This document shows, piece by piece, positions 37,537 through 50,806 of a stretch of DNA of 64,000 bases (position 1 is the first letter of the stretch; every line of letters begins with the position of its first letter). The translations under genes were made by a program, and so were the position numbers. The notes under the pieces were generated by a model. That model was given only the letters and a program-made list of their open reading frames with translations. It searched no databases and had not been told where the DNA came from. Origin of the DNA: Eledone cirrhosa (lineage: Eukaryota); assembly GCA_964016885.1 (NCBI GenBank), contig OZ024741.1, positions 66,464,001-66,528,000 on the forward strand, read 5' to 3'.

Positions 37537-38372
37537 TTCTTCTGGTTTTATAATTTCACAAAGTTTTACCAATAGAGAGAGAGTCGGTTTCTAACATAGA
37601 CACAAGACTCTCTCATTGGAATTTACACAACATCAACTAGGTAGATATGTGTGCATGTCTGCATGCATGTGTAGATATGGATGTTATTGTATGTGTGGAT
37701 GTGTATGTTTTGAGTTGTATGTGTGCATGTGTATATGCTTTGTATCTGCAGTTATTAGATGCAACATTTTTGCAATGTTTTACATATTTTTACTGTTCCA
37801 TTAATGGATTGTACTTGTAATTTCCTAACTAGTTGTGTTCTTTCTGTTCCTGTGAAGCCTAGCTTCTCAAGATTTGTATTGTGGCAGTTACTAACATACT
37901 CCAGTGCCCCAATAATCACAGGCATAAATCTGAAGGTGTAATCAGGGTGGAGTATCTGCAGATTTCTCATCACTTCTGCATAAATATTCTCCTTTTCGCT
38001 AATCTTTGATATTATATTGGCATCTGCTGGACAGCTAATTTCCACTACCGTGCATGCTTTCTTCTCCCTGTCCCATATCATAATATCTGGTCTGTTATGT
38101 CTGCATTTTATTGGGGTTTTTACTGGAACATTCCACCAGTACTCTTTCATATTATGTACATGGTTGTCTTCCACATTGTTGTAGCTTTTAATGTGTTTAT
38201 TATCGAGGCTATCTTTTTTACGAACTGCATTGTACAGTGTTTTGGCCACTACATCATGCCTCATAGGTAGATAGTACCGCGATGACATCTTTGGGCAGCT
38301 GCTGGTGACATGGGTGATATCCTCGATGTGAGTTCTGCAGAGTCTGCACTTGTTATCACATCTAGGTGTGAT
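37537..38372 (-). mobile_element. R4/Dong-like non-LTR retrotransposon 3' fragment (CCHC + restriction-like endonuclease)
   Basis: CRLC...H...C, RHD, RPDI...VVEISCP...K...Y, IIGALE, with a stop at 37755. Embedded in (CATA)n. Confidence 0.8.
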
Positions 38373-38374
38373 AT

Positions 38375-38391
38375 TTATGTATGTGTGCGTG

Positions 38392-38423
<32 letters not shown>

Positions 38424-39151
38424 TGTATGCATGTATGTATGTATGTATGTATGTATGTATGTATGTATGTATGTATGTGTGCGTGTATGTATGTATATAT
38501 ATATATGTATGCATGTATGTATGTATGTGTGCGTGTATGAATGTATATATGTATGTATGCATGTATATGTATGTGTGCATGTATGTATGTATGTATGTAT
38601 GTGTGCGTGTATGTATGTATGTGTGCATGTATGTATGTATGTATGTATGTATGTATGTATGTATGTATGTATATGTATGTATGTATATATGTGTGTGTGT
38701 ATGTGTGTATATGTATGTATATATATGTGTGTATGTATATATATATGTATGTGTATGTATGTATATGTATATGTATGTATGTATGTATATATATATGTAT
38801 GTGTATGTGTGTATGTATATATATATGTATATGTGTGTGTGTATGTATGTATATATGTATGTATATGTATGTATGTATATGTATATGTATGTATATATAT
38901 ATGTATATGTATGTATGTATGTATATATATATGTATGTATATATATATGTATATATATGTATGTATATATATATGTATATGTATGTATGTATGTATGTAT
39001 ATGTATATGTATGTATATGTATGTATATGTATGTATATATGTATGTATATATATGTATGTATGTATATATATATGTATGTATATGTATATGTATGTATAT
39101 GTATATGTGTGTATATATATGTGTGTATATATATATGTATATGTATATATG

Positions 39152-39186
<35 letters not shown>

Positions 39187-39330
39187 GTATATATATATAT
39201 GTATATATGTATATGTATGTGTATGTATATGTATGTATATGTATATGTATGTATATATATATGTATGTATATATATATGTATGTATGTGTATATATATGT
39301 ATGTATGTATGTATATATGTATGTATATGT
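38375..39330. repeat. Compound (TATG)/(TA) microsatellite
   Basis: About 1 kb of low-complexity sequence generating spurious YIHT/MYVC ORFs. Confidence 0.95.
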
Positions 39331-39950
39331 AGGTCACAAGTTGTCAGGTCACAAGTTGGTGCTACTGGTAACATGTATCCCAGTACAACCTGTCCCATGG
39401 TCGGGTCGTTGGAGACTAAACTGGCAACCCTACCAAGATTTCTTGGTGAGGAGGGTGACTTTGGACATCCTACAGGACTAAAAACAAAACCTGTCAAAGG
39501 GCAAAGGAGCTCTTAAGAGTCAATGGCCATCCAAAATCACTGGGAGAGATGACCCCTTAGCCTTTGTCAAGGCAGAATTCTAGGAGAAGGAAAACTCTGA
39601 TATAACACCTGCAACCCTGATGGTATCCAATGATGTTGACTTGTTCTTCTTTTTGGTAAATATCATCTTGGTTAAGAGAGTGGGACTGACTTTGTGCAGT
39701 GCCTTTGCTCACTATAAAAGCTTCACGGCACAGGCATTGCTTTATATCTGGAGTCCTCTCTGCAATTGTCGTCACATGGTACCATGGGCCCAGCACTATG
39801 TGTCAATAATTGTCACAGGTGTAGTGTTTGTACCAGAGTTTTCAAGTTGCTGGCTGGACTAAAATGTCACACTCGTTCAGCGCATCAGTAGGGGTTCTCC
39901 TACATGGATATAAAGTAGTGGCCGTACTTGAAAACGAGTTGGCAGCCACC
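39331..39950 (+). mobile_element. ~620-bp non-autonomous LINE-derived element (family N), longest copy
   Basis: Constant 3' end gagttggcagccacc + (ATGT)n in copies with variable 5' ends. Motif ctaggagaaggaaaactctga resembles RTE-type 5'UTRs (from memory, not searched). Confidence 0.65.
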
Positions 39951-40299
39951 ATGTATGTATGTATGTATGCATGTATGTATGTATGTGTGCGTGTATGTAT
40001 ATATGTATGTATGCATGTATATGTATGTATGTGTGTATGTATGTATCTGTGCATGTATGCATGCCTGTATGTATGTATGTGTTTATGTGTTTACGTATGT
40101 GTGTATGTTAGTATGTTTGAGGCCATCTGTTCTGTTTGCCAGTCCGTCAGTCTCTCAGCGTGGTGGCCTATCTCCGTGATTGTCTATCATCATCCATTAA
40201 CAGAGATGGAGAGAACATTACCGGCAAGTGGAAGTAATATTTTGCTAAAAGGAAAGTCTAAAAGCCTGCTGTTGGTGTTGAAGAAACTTAGAAATAAAT

Positions 40300-40945
40300 T
40301 GAATAAACATATAAATATATAATTATATAAATGAATATATAACTAAATAAATGACATAAATATATAAATATATAATTATATAAATAAATAAACATATATA
40401 TATAAATAAATATATAAATAAATAAATATATATATAACTAAATAAATGACATAAATTTATAAATATATAATTATATAAATAAATATATATATAAATAAAT
40501 AAATAAATATATAAATAAATAAATATATAAATAAATAAATGTTTAAATAAATAAATATATATTTATATATATATAAATAAATATATAAATAAATAAATTT
40601 TTAAATAAATGAATATATATATATATAAAAAGAAATATATAAATAAAGAAATATATAAATAAATAAATATATAAATAAATATATAAATAAATAAATTTTT
40701 AAATTTTTAAATAAATATATATAAATAAATATATAAATAAATAAATTTTTAAATAAATAAATAAATATATATATATATAAATATATAAATAAATAAATTT
40801 TTAAATAAATAAATAAATATATAAATAAATAAATATATAGATAAATAAATATATAAATAAACATATAAATAAATAATATATAAATAAATAAATATATAGA
40901 TATGTAAATAAATTGAATAAGTTTATAAATAAATAAAAATGTAAT
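40300..40945. repeat. (TAAA)/(TA) AT-rich low-complexity tract
   Basis: Direct inspection. Confidence 0.9.
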
Positions 40946-41324
40946 CTAAAACAAGCACCCCACCGCGAAAAACTCTCCAAGGTAGTGTAATGAGAAAAAA
41001 CTAATTAATGTCATCACTCTCGTCTTCAACGTCGTCATTGTCATTGCTTTTGTTCTCCACTCCCACCTTCCACATACCCACTTACACCTCACCCTCTTCG
41101 TCCTCATCATCAGCTTCACCTTCGTTGTTGTCGTCACTCCCGACATCGCTGCTGTTGTCAGCGTTGTAATTGTCGTTGTCTCATTGTCGTCGTCGTCATC
41201 TGCACCATTATTGTCACCATCATCATCATCATCATCCCCATCACCATCATCACCACCACCACCATCATCATCATCACCATCACCATTACCCCCACCCCAC
41301 CCCCAGCCCACCCCCAACCATCAC

Positions 41325-41383
<59 letters not shown>

Positions 41384-41544
41384 GCATCATCATCATCATC
41401 AGCATCATCATCATCGCCGACGTCATCATCACTCTCATCACCATCATTATCATCATCATCATCATCACCACCATAATCATCATCATCATCACCACCACCA
41501 TCATCATCACCATCATCCTCACCACCATCACCACCACCACCACC

Positions 41545-41576
<32 letters not shown>

Positions 41577-41760
41577 AAACCAACAGTGAGTGTTCCAGTC
41601 GATTCAATCAACGGAACAATCTGCTTATGAAATTAATATGGAAGTGACTGAGCATTCGTATCGCCATGACACAAGTTGTTCCAGGTTACAAGAACATTTC
41701 ATTTTTGCCAGCTGAGAGGACTGGTGCAATGTGGACACCGAACCTCTGAGCAACACATTT

Positions 41761-41839
<79 letters not shown>

Positions 41840-42019
41840 TCACATCATCATGCACATACACATAGGCATACAAATATGCATACATCCCTCATCAATAGAC
41901 ATGGAAGGGCAACAGTGAGTCTATGTTATTGGGGTATCGTCGTGAAATGTCTTAATCATATAGAATCTGGCGGACCCCATCACTCTCCAGGACTGAACAC
42001 AGTCAATTGTTTCTAGAAA

Positions 42020-42097
<78 letters not shown>

Positions 42098-42135
42098 CTC
42101 TATATATCTATATATCTATCTATCTATCCAGTGAA

Positions 42136-42481
42136 GAATCAGGATGGAGAGAGACGTGCTGTACCCCAGCAACTTTTATGAAAGGTGGGTGAAAGTGGCG
42201 AGAATGGCCCGAGTGAATGGGCCTTCTCTCTATATCAGCCTGTAGGTTGAAGAAAAGGAGGAGGAGAGGAAAGGAGTACAAACTCTTCGTACTCCTGGAG
42301 ATGAGGGTTGCACATTTTTTCGGGGGTATGTGTTACCCATATGAACTGTCTCCCCTATTGGGGAAAATCGACTAATTTTTTAAATTGCATTTGTGATAAC
42401 ATTTTACACGTTTTTATTGTATGTACACTTCCCCCTTTGTATTTGTCCCCTTCTTTTGTGCCCCTGTGGCTAATAAAGAAA
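42136..42481 (+). mobile_element. Tx1 LINE family D, 5'-truncated
   Basis: Near-identical to 18215-18511. TSD tatctatctatccagtgaa (42117-42135 / 42484-42502). Confidence 0.9.
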
Positions 42482-42561
42482 CATATCTATCTATCCAGTG
42501 AACTTTCAACCGTCAAGGTTGTTTTTTCACGGTTATGTCAATATTTATAAAACAAATCTAG

Positions 42562-42625
42562 TATTTTATCTGATGAAAGCGCACCAAGATGCCTTGGTTA
42601 TCCTTGAAATATATATAATAAAATA
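42562..42625 (+). ncRNA. Minimal type I HHR motif
   Basis: tattttat CTGATGA aag...ccaag-atgc-cttgg...ctt GAAA tatata TA ataaaata. Confidence 0.72.
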
Positions 42626-42656
42626 ATTATGGTTTTATAAATAGAGTTTCCATTTA

Positions 42657-42692
<36 letters not shown>

Positions 42693-42704
42693 TATATATA
42701 TATA

Positions 42705-43180
42705 TATGATGGCTGCAGACTCGGCTAAGAGTATTGTAATCGCTTGCAACAGATCCTGAACAAGCAATGCCTGTGCTTTGAAGGTTTTTTTAAGTGGCGA
42801 AAGGCCGTGAACTCGACCACTCCCACTCTCTGAGCATCGAAAGCACTACCCGAAAAGGAGAACTGGTCAACATCATCAGATGCTTCCGAAGTGGCAGGTT
42901 TTATTTCAGAGTTTCCCTCTCTTAGAAAGGCGTTGTGACAACAACTGGGGGCCTTTCACTCCCAGGTGGAAAAAAAAATATAGTACTTGGATGGCCGTTG
43001 ACTCTGTTGAGTTCCTCCACCTTTTGCCGGATCTTGTATTTCATCCTACAGGGTCTCCAAAATCATCCTCCACCCCAAGCAAGCTTGGTGGGGCTGCTTG
43101 CCGGTTTAGTCACCGGCGAGCCGACCATGAGACATGTGATACTGGGTTACATGTTACCAGTAGCACTTGAGAGCGACCTG

Positions 43181-43181
<1 letters not shown>
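42705..43181 (-). mobile_element. Diverged relative of family N in inverted orientation
   Basis: gaccatgagacatgtgatactgggttacatgttaccagtagcac and aagcaatgcctgtgc match the reverse complement of 39331-39740. Confidence 0.6.
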
Positions 43182-43279
<98 letters not shown>

Positions 43280-43333
43280 TATATGTATATAAAAAGTAAA
43301 CAGAAATAACAACACAATCGGTACAGTATTTGG

Positions 43334-43362
<29 letters not shown>

Positions 43363-43370
<8 letters not shown>

Positions 43371-44254
43371 TTAAAAAAATATATGATCAACACTACTGTG
43401 TTTTTTTTGCAAAATGACAATAATTTTTTAGCCAGATAGAAATACCTTAATTCAAGTACATATAGTCCGTCTGTATCGATCTAGAGAATATTAAATATTA
43501 AATCTATACTTACAGACGTAAAATGGCAACTGCCTGGTGCCTAGACAAGTTTAAATTTCAAAATTCAAACCTTTTCAGCAGATCGGGCGGAACTTCAAAA
43601 CATAAACCTGTTTCACAAGGGATGTTATACTAATGAAATAATTAATTAATTACGGAACAACTATTTATAAAATAATTATTAGTAAAGTAATCAATTTTCT
43701 GTGATCTTCGGTAGGCACCCAGAAATTAAAATCACTTCTCCTAAGATAATATCTTAAGACTGATCTGTCGCAAGCCTAATACATGTGCTTTTGCACACGA
43801 CCTTCTCAGCATTCTGGCTCATATCCATGGCGCTAGAAATAGCAGCCGCGAATATGTGATTATGAATTCAGCTCACCGTAGTGATTTTAATTTCTGGGTG
43901 CCTACCGAAGATCACAGAAAATTGATTACTTTACTAATAATTATTTTATAAATAGTTGTTCCGTAATTAATTAATTATTTCATTAGTATAACATACCTTG
44001 TGAAACAGGTTTATGTTTTGAAGTTCCGCCCGATCTGCTGAAAAGGTTTGAATTTTGAAATTTAAACTTGTCTAGGCACCAGGCAGTTGCCATTTTACGT
44101 CTGTAAGTATAGATTTAATATTTAATATTCTCTAGATCGATACAGACGGACTATATGTACTTGAATTAAGGTATTTCTATCTGGCTAAAAAATTATTGTC
44201 ATTTTGCAAAAAAAAACACAGTAGTGTTGATCATATATTTTTTAAAATTATAAT
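43363..44254. repeat. Large fold-back: ~374-bp near-perfect inverted arms with a 143-bp spacer
   Basis: 43363-43736 is the reverse complement of 43880-44254. (TA)n on both sides. Confidence 0.9.
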
Positions 44255-44308
44255 GTAATGCTCAGAAGTATTTTCTTCGAGCTTAATATTTGCAACTGAC
44301 TACTAAAC

Positions 44309-44401
<93 letters not shown>

Positions 44402-44510
44402 TATATATATATTTATAGATAGATAGACAGATAGAGTGAGTGGGAGAGAGAGCATGGCCTCAGCCTGTCGGTTGGAACTCGTTATAGAGTAACACAGCCA
44501 CATACGCGCG

Positions 44511-44547
<37 letters not shown>

Positions 44548-45479
44548 TGCACACACACACATGCACACACACACTCACATCACACACACACATATATGTA
44601 TATATATATATACCCCTAACCGCATCTGTACACGTACCAATTCTGAATACAACAGACACGTTCTCATTGTACTGAATAGAAAAAAAAACTAATATAGGAA
44701 GTTCTGTGTAAAATATCTTATATAGGAACTATTATATATAACATTTTTTATAGGACATCTCTTATAAAAAAAAACTTGCATAAGAAATCTTGAATAAAAT
44801 ATTTTCTACAGGAAGTTTTATTAAAATATTTTGTATAGAAAATCTTGGCATAAAACTATCTTGTATAGGGAAAATCTTCTTTAGGAAATTTTTTGGATAA
44901 AAGTCTTTTGTAGGAAATCTTGCATATAAGAAATTTTTAGATAAAAATCTTTTGTATTACATTTTGTATAACACTCTTCTATAGGAAATCTTGTGTAAAT
45001 GCACACACAGGCGTGCACACGCACATACACATATACACACGCACATACACACATATTTGACCCTCTGCTCTCCCACCACACACACACATGTGCGCGTACA
45101 CACACACACTAACACACACATATTTGGCCCTCTCCTCTCCCATCACACACACACGCGCACACACACACACATATTTGACCCTCTGCTCTCCCACCACACA
45201 CACACGTGTGCGCGTACACACACACACACTAACACACATATTTGACCCTCTGCTCTCCCATCACGTACACACACAAGAAGTTATCGGCCGAGTCTGTTTA
45301 CTGCAAGAAACAACGATAATCTACACTACCTGCGTTTCTGTACCGCAACGTTATGTTTCCTTAAACAAAATTATCTACTTCTTGATGAGATTGAAGCACT
45401 AGAGATCCTTTCACTGACGCCCAAAATGCTATACCAAGACCAGCGCTATATATCCTGTTTACAGGGCGTATAGTGTTAA

Positions 45480-45701
45480 CCCTTTAGCATTTAAGCCAGC
45501 TATATTCAGCCAGAATTTTCTCATCTCTTTCTGTTTGTTTAAACCTGCTGTAAGTGGCCACTCATACTGTTATGGCATTGTTCTCAAAATAATTAATATC
45601 AAAATCTCATATATTTGATATCATGTGAGATAATTGTGTAAGATAACGCCTTTACCGCAAAAAGACATTAGTATATATAGAGTAATGTAAATGCTAAAGG
45701 G
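45480..45701. mobile_element. piggyBac-type MITE
   Basis: TTAA on both sides. TIR ccctttagcattta / taaatgctaaaggg. Confidence 0.75.
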
Positions 45702-47072
45702 TTAAGTGAACGGAAAAAAAATCTCTGCACATTCTTGAATTCCACGTTAGTCAATCCGAAGTAAATTTACAGTTGTCGCTGTTATTGTTTAAACTCAGAT
45801 CAGCACTGATGAAACAAAGGCTTTCTGTCTGTGTCATCCTATTTTTTTTCGTATATCCATTTATACATCTAGGTTGAAAACGTCTTTTCATTTTTAGGAC
45901 TGCTTTGTAAATCTCGAGGGAATTTAGCTCCAATATCTAATAATTTGAGGGACTGTTGGATTAAGCTCTCCCAATGGACGAGGAGAAAGAAAAAAAAAAC
46001 AATTTTACAATGCTGCCACAATACGGTAGTTCATATTTACAGCCAGCAAAATTGTGAGGCTATTTGAAAGCTGTAGTCAGAGTGGAAGTGCAAATGATAC
46101 ACATTTCTGATATCGACTATTGGTGTAATCTTACTGGATGATTCGATCTAATTTGCTATGGATATCTACTACAGCAAAGGTATTGTGTAATTCCCTCAGG
46201 TCAAATGTGATTAAGCCGACTTCGGATTAAAACATTCTATCCATACTGTCTTTTATATTAACACACCGTGTATCTAGATTTACATCATCCCAATATGTTT
46301 TTTGTATTTTTAAAGACAGTTAGGCGTTGGGGCTTGAGGAAGATTTGGTTGTTATTTCAAACATGCCAAGCAATAGCCACCAATAGAAACATTGTGAAAT
46401 ATATAATTAATGAGTATTTCGTTACCTTGCAGAATTCTCCTATAGGAAACAGTTAACACGATCTACATTAGTGTTTAAGATGAAGACCAATCTCGCACAC
46501 TCAGATCTTGCCAATATGAACTTTTGAATTACATCTAATAAACAAACACCCCAATCTAATAAACAAATATCAGAGTCAGGTACTGGCATCGATTTATATT
46601 GCTATAATGTATCGTGGGTGTGAATAGAGGAGAAGGAGGAGGAGAAGAAGAAGGAGGAGGAGGAGAAAGATGAGGAGGAGAAGAAGATAAGGAAGAAGAA
46701 GAAGAAAAAGAAGATGATGAAGGAGACGAAGAAGTAAAAAGAAGAGGAAGACAAAGAAACAAGAAGAAAAAGAAAAAAAAGAAGAAAAAGAAGAAGAAAA
46801 AGAAAAAGGAGGAGGAGGAGATAAAGAAGAAGAAAAAGAAGAAGAAGAAGGAAGAGGAGGAGGAGGAGAAGAAGAAAAAGAAGAAGAAGAAGAAGAAGAA
46901 GAAGAAGAAGAAGAAGAAGAAGAAGAAGAAGAGGAAGACGACTCAATTTAATCTCTTTCTTATAAATCTGTAGTCTAGTGCCAATCAATTATTGTGACCA
47001 AGATGTTTCCAAAAAATGATATCTCGTTGAATCGTATCGGAGTTATAAGATCAGTTTGTTATTATTTTGGCT

Positions 47073-47245
47073 AGGTGTTAGGTGGATTGGCAGTATCGGT
47101 AGAGCGTCGGACAACATGCTTTGCGGCATAGACTTTATGGTCCTTTACGTTCTGTGTTCAAATTCCCACCGAGGTTAGCTTTGCCTTTCATCCTTACGGG
47201 GTCGATAAAATAAAGTACCAGTAATGCACTGGGTAATTGCTGGCC
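47073..47245 (+). mobile_element. SINE S1 lacking its 3' terminus, fused to Tx1 family C
   Basis: A-box, B-box and core are present. Ends at gctggcc and runs directly into LINE ORF2 sequence. Confidence 0.75.
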
Positions 47246-49906
47246 CTTGACCAATTCTTCAATGCAAAGCACGAAGGCTGCATTGTCAGAGCTAGGGTGC
47301 GTGCTCTCAGAAACGAGGGGACGAAAACCGTTCAATGGGCCCGAGTAGCGGAGGCGCGTCGTGGCAACAAAGCCATGATCCGGTCTTTGGTGGACCACAA
47401 CGGGCGCATGCTACTCGATCCCGGGCAAATGTGTGAAGCTTTTCAGTGACACTTCACTCAGCTGTTCGGGGGCAGCGGCGGGCCGGGTCGAGGAATGGAC
47501 TTTAGTCTCTACCTCGACGGACTGCCGCGGCTCTCAGCCACTGAGGCGGAGTGTTGCGAAAAGCCGATAACAGCCGCTGAAGTATGGGAGGCAATGACTG
47601 GCTGCACAAGGGGTAAATCGCCTGGTTTGGATGGTCTTCCCTATGAACTTTACGTACAGATGACAGACTTGTTCGGAGGCCTCTTGGCGGACGTCTACTG
47701 CAACTGGCAACAGAACGGGAGAATTCCCAGCTCTGTGAGCCGAGGAGCGGTGGCGCTGTTGAGAAAGGATCCGAACAAGGGGGATAACATAGATAATTTC
47801 AGGCCCATAACTTTGCTAAACACAGAGTTCAAGATTTTGGCCAAAGAGGTTGTCGCTTGTCGTTGGTGGTCTGGTGGGAGAGGCGCAGACATGCGCCATT
47901 CCCGACAGATCCATCCACGACAACCTCTACCTCATGCGATACATCGTAGAGAGGGTAGCTAGGGAACATGGCACGAGTGGATCCTTGATCAATTTAGATC
48001 AGTCGAAAGATTTCGATAGGGTCGACCATCGTTACCTAGCGGCAATCCTGAGGGCGGCTGGCTTTGGGCCCATCTTCAGAGGCTGGATCGTTGCCATGCA
48101 CAGCGACATCTGCTCTGTGGTGAGAGTGAACGGTCTCCTTTCGGAACCGTTCAACATCATGCGCTCGGTCCGCCAAGGATGTCCCCTCTCGTCCCTCTTG
48201 TACGTATTGACTCTCGAGCGATTACTACATAAACTGGAGACGTTGAGGAGGATCCCGCGCGAACTAGGATGTGGAAGATCCGTGTCAGCATATGCGGACG
48301 ATGTCACCATAGTGGTGTCGAACGCCAAACACATCGAGGCGATCGGCACTACACTAAGAGAATACGAAGCGGTGACAGGAACAATGATCAACCAGGAAAA
48401 GTCAGTGGGCCTGCAGCTCGGCACCTGGAGAGGCAGGTCTATGCCGTCCAACAGCGTCGTCGGGCACTGGACGGACGGACCGGTTAAATTGCTAGGGGTC
48501 TGGTTCGGTCCGGACCTCTAGTCGGACAAAAACTGGGACGGGGTGACGAGCAGGGTGGCTTCTCTCACCCAGAAATGAGCGGAGAGGAAGCTATCCCTGA
48601 AAGCTCGAGCGGAGGTGGCTAACGCGTACATCGCGTCCGTCATCTACTACCGCCTGACCGTCGTACCTTGTCCTAAGCCAGGCTTGACTGCGCTGGAGCG
48701 TTTGCTCTTTCGCTTTTTGTGGAAGAGACGCGCTCCGATGGTCAGGCGGTCCATCTGCTGTCAACACCCGCTACGTGGAGGTATGGGCATGCCGTGGCTG
48801 ATGATGCGCAGACACGCGCTCAGGATACGACATCTCCACCTCTTCCTCGACGGTGATCAGGTGTGGTCGCCGTTTGCTAGAGGCGTCTTTCTCCAGCTCG
48901 TCTCCTTGACGGAGCTGCAGTCCTGGGTCAAGCGAAAACCGAGAGGGAGCGCTTGGAGACTGGAATGTCTTCAGGCGCTCACAGCCCTCGACCAATCGGG
49001 CAATGTGATCGGTGGAAACTCCACCTTGGCGTTCTATAGAGGATTAGTGGAGGGGAAGAGCGACGACGTACTTGGGGAAACTCTAGGCGTCGACGGAAAT
49101 CAACTAGCCAATCTCTTCGGAAGAACTTTCGGACCGGGGCCTATGGACAACTTCCAGAAATCCCTTGCCTGGCAGTGCTACCGAGGAGCCGTGCCAGTTC
49201 GGGATAAACTCTACAGGCATGGAGGTGCCGTCAGCCGGGCATGTCCGAGATGCGCGCAGGGCGACGAAACCGTCCTGCACGCACTCGTCCAGTGTTCGAG
49301 CATTGCTGACTTGTGGGTTTATGTCGAACACCTGCTGTCGGTGTAGGACGGATCCAGCTATCAGCTGAGTCCATCATGAGGATTGCTCCGCCCTCTTCCT
49401 TTAGCCGGGAAGGGCAGGCAGTTTTTATCTGTCTGGTAGCCATGGCGAAAGAGATAGTATGGTGGACACGTTTGAAAGGGCTGAAGACGAGCACTTACCT
49501 CTTCGGTGATGCCCTGATTAACTTTTTCAAATTTCATTTGAAAAGGAAAATCAGGGTAGAGAGGGAAGTGCTCTCTTCCCAGCATTTTGTTGAAAGATGG
49601 GTGAGAGAAGCAAGAATGGCCCGAGTGAATGGGCCTACTCTGAGTATGTGTCTGTAAATTAAAGGTGGAAAACTGGGAGACGGCACTTGCCCTGGTAGCC
49701 AGGATCACTGTGGCTTTTTAATGGGCTTTCTCCACGAATGTCCCTCGGAAGTCTCCCCCGTATTGGGGAATTTTTCATTGTTATTTTTTTGTTACATCCT
49801 CTGTTTTTGTTTTTTGCACGCAGAAATGCCCATTTGTACCGTCCTGTATTGTCCTGTACTATCCTTAATGTCTACTTTATGTAAACCCTTGTGGTTAATA
49901 AAGAAA
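47246..49906 (+). mobile_element. Tx1 LINE family C, 5'-truncated, pseudogenised ORF2
   Basis: RT motifs are split by stops (e.g. 47447, 48519) and frameshifts. 3'UTR ends AATAAAGAAA followed by gtattattat. Confidence 0.92.
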
Positions 49907-49926
49907 GTATTATTATCTCATATATT

Positions 49927-49962
<36 letters not shown>

Positions 49963-50246
49963 AATGAAGTTTTTTTCCAAAATGAAAAAAACGAGTGAAA
50001 GTATCTGTGAGAAAAACCACAAACCCTCCATCTCAACTCTACTTTTGAAAAGCATAAGAACTGCGAAACCGGTAAAGGAACCAAATAAATATTCTTAAAA
50101 AGACTCCAGTTGCATTCTCGATTTCATCTTTTTTCCTTATATATATATATATATATAAGGTAAGTTATTCAGGGTTGAATCGGAGGTAACCACAGTAAGT
50201 AAGGTACTCAATACATAGCAGAGTATAAAAGTTTGAATATAGATGA

Positions 50247-50295
50247 GATTCTACACGACTAGAACTGTTTCATTCTTTAGAAATCATCAGGAATC
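50247..50295 (-). ncRNA. Type I HHR motif, paralogue of 11887-11937
   Basis: gattc CTGATGA tttctaaagaat GAAA cagttctagtcgtg TA gaatc. Confidence 0.65.
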
Positions 50296-50313
50296 AGTTC
50301 TAGTCCTGTAGAA

Positions 50314-50340
<27 letters not shown>

Positions 50341-50344
<4 letters not shown>

Positions 50345-50526
50345 AAGAATTAAAAAGAACAGAAAGATGCAGTAAAAGAGATTTATTCGGTTCTTACGTA
50401 CGTTTCAATAGACATCAATTTGCCTAGATGTAGCGAGATCTAGGCAAATTGATGTCTATTGAAACGTACGTAAGAACCGAATAAATCTCTTTTACTGCAT
50501 CTTTCTGTTCTTTTTAATTCTTTATA
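50341..50526. repeat. Perfect ~89-bp-arm palindrome carrying two inverted HHR 3' half-cores
   Basis: ...gatgtctatt GAAA cgtacg TA agaacc on both strands, with an 8-nt central loop. Confidence 0.85.
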
Positions 50527-50666
50527 CACGCCCCGGAATATAGCTAAACTGGAATATACACCTTTTTTCTGCATTTCGTTGAGCACCACTCTGTTGTAAG
50601 CTGACATTCCACTACACGGTACATAACACTAGGTCCTGGAAAACATTAATGCACTCGTGCATAACC

Positions 50667-50768
<102 letters not shown>

Positions 50769-50806
50769 AATAGGATTTCGCTTCAAGCATAGCTTTATAC
50801 AATATG

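Noticed and set aside
39331-39430. HDV-like ribozyme at the 5' end of family N
   Set aside because: A possible P2 (ccagt/actgg) and ctaa junction are visible, but P1 and P3 could not be assigned by eye.
37755-39516. 580-aa and other long YIHT/MYVC/YIYI/ERER ORFs here and throughout the window
   Set aside because: These are translations of microsatellites. Only the part at 37755-38360 has real (RLE) motifs.
45751-45990. Terminal host exon on the minus strand
   Set aside because: Short ORF, weak acceptor and no recognisable domain.
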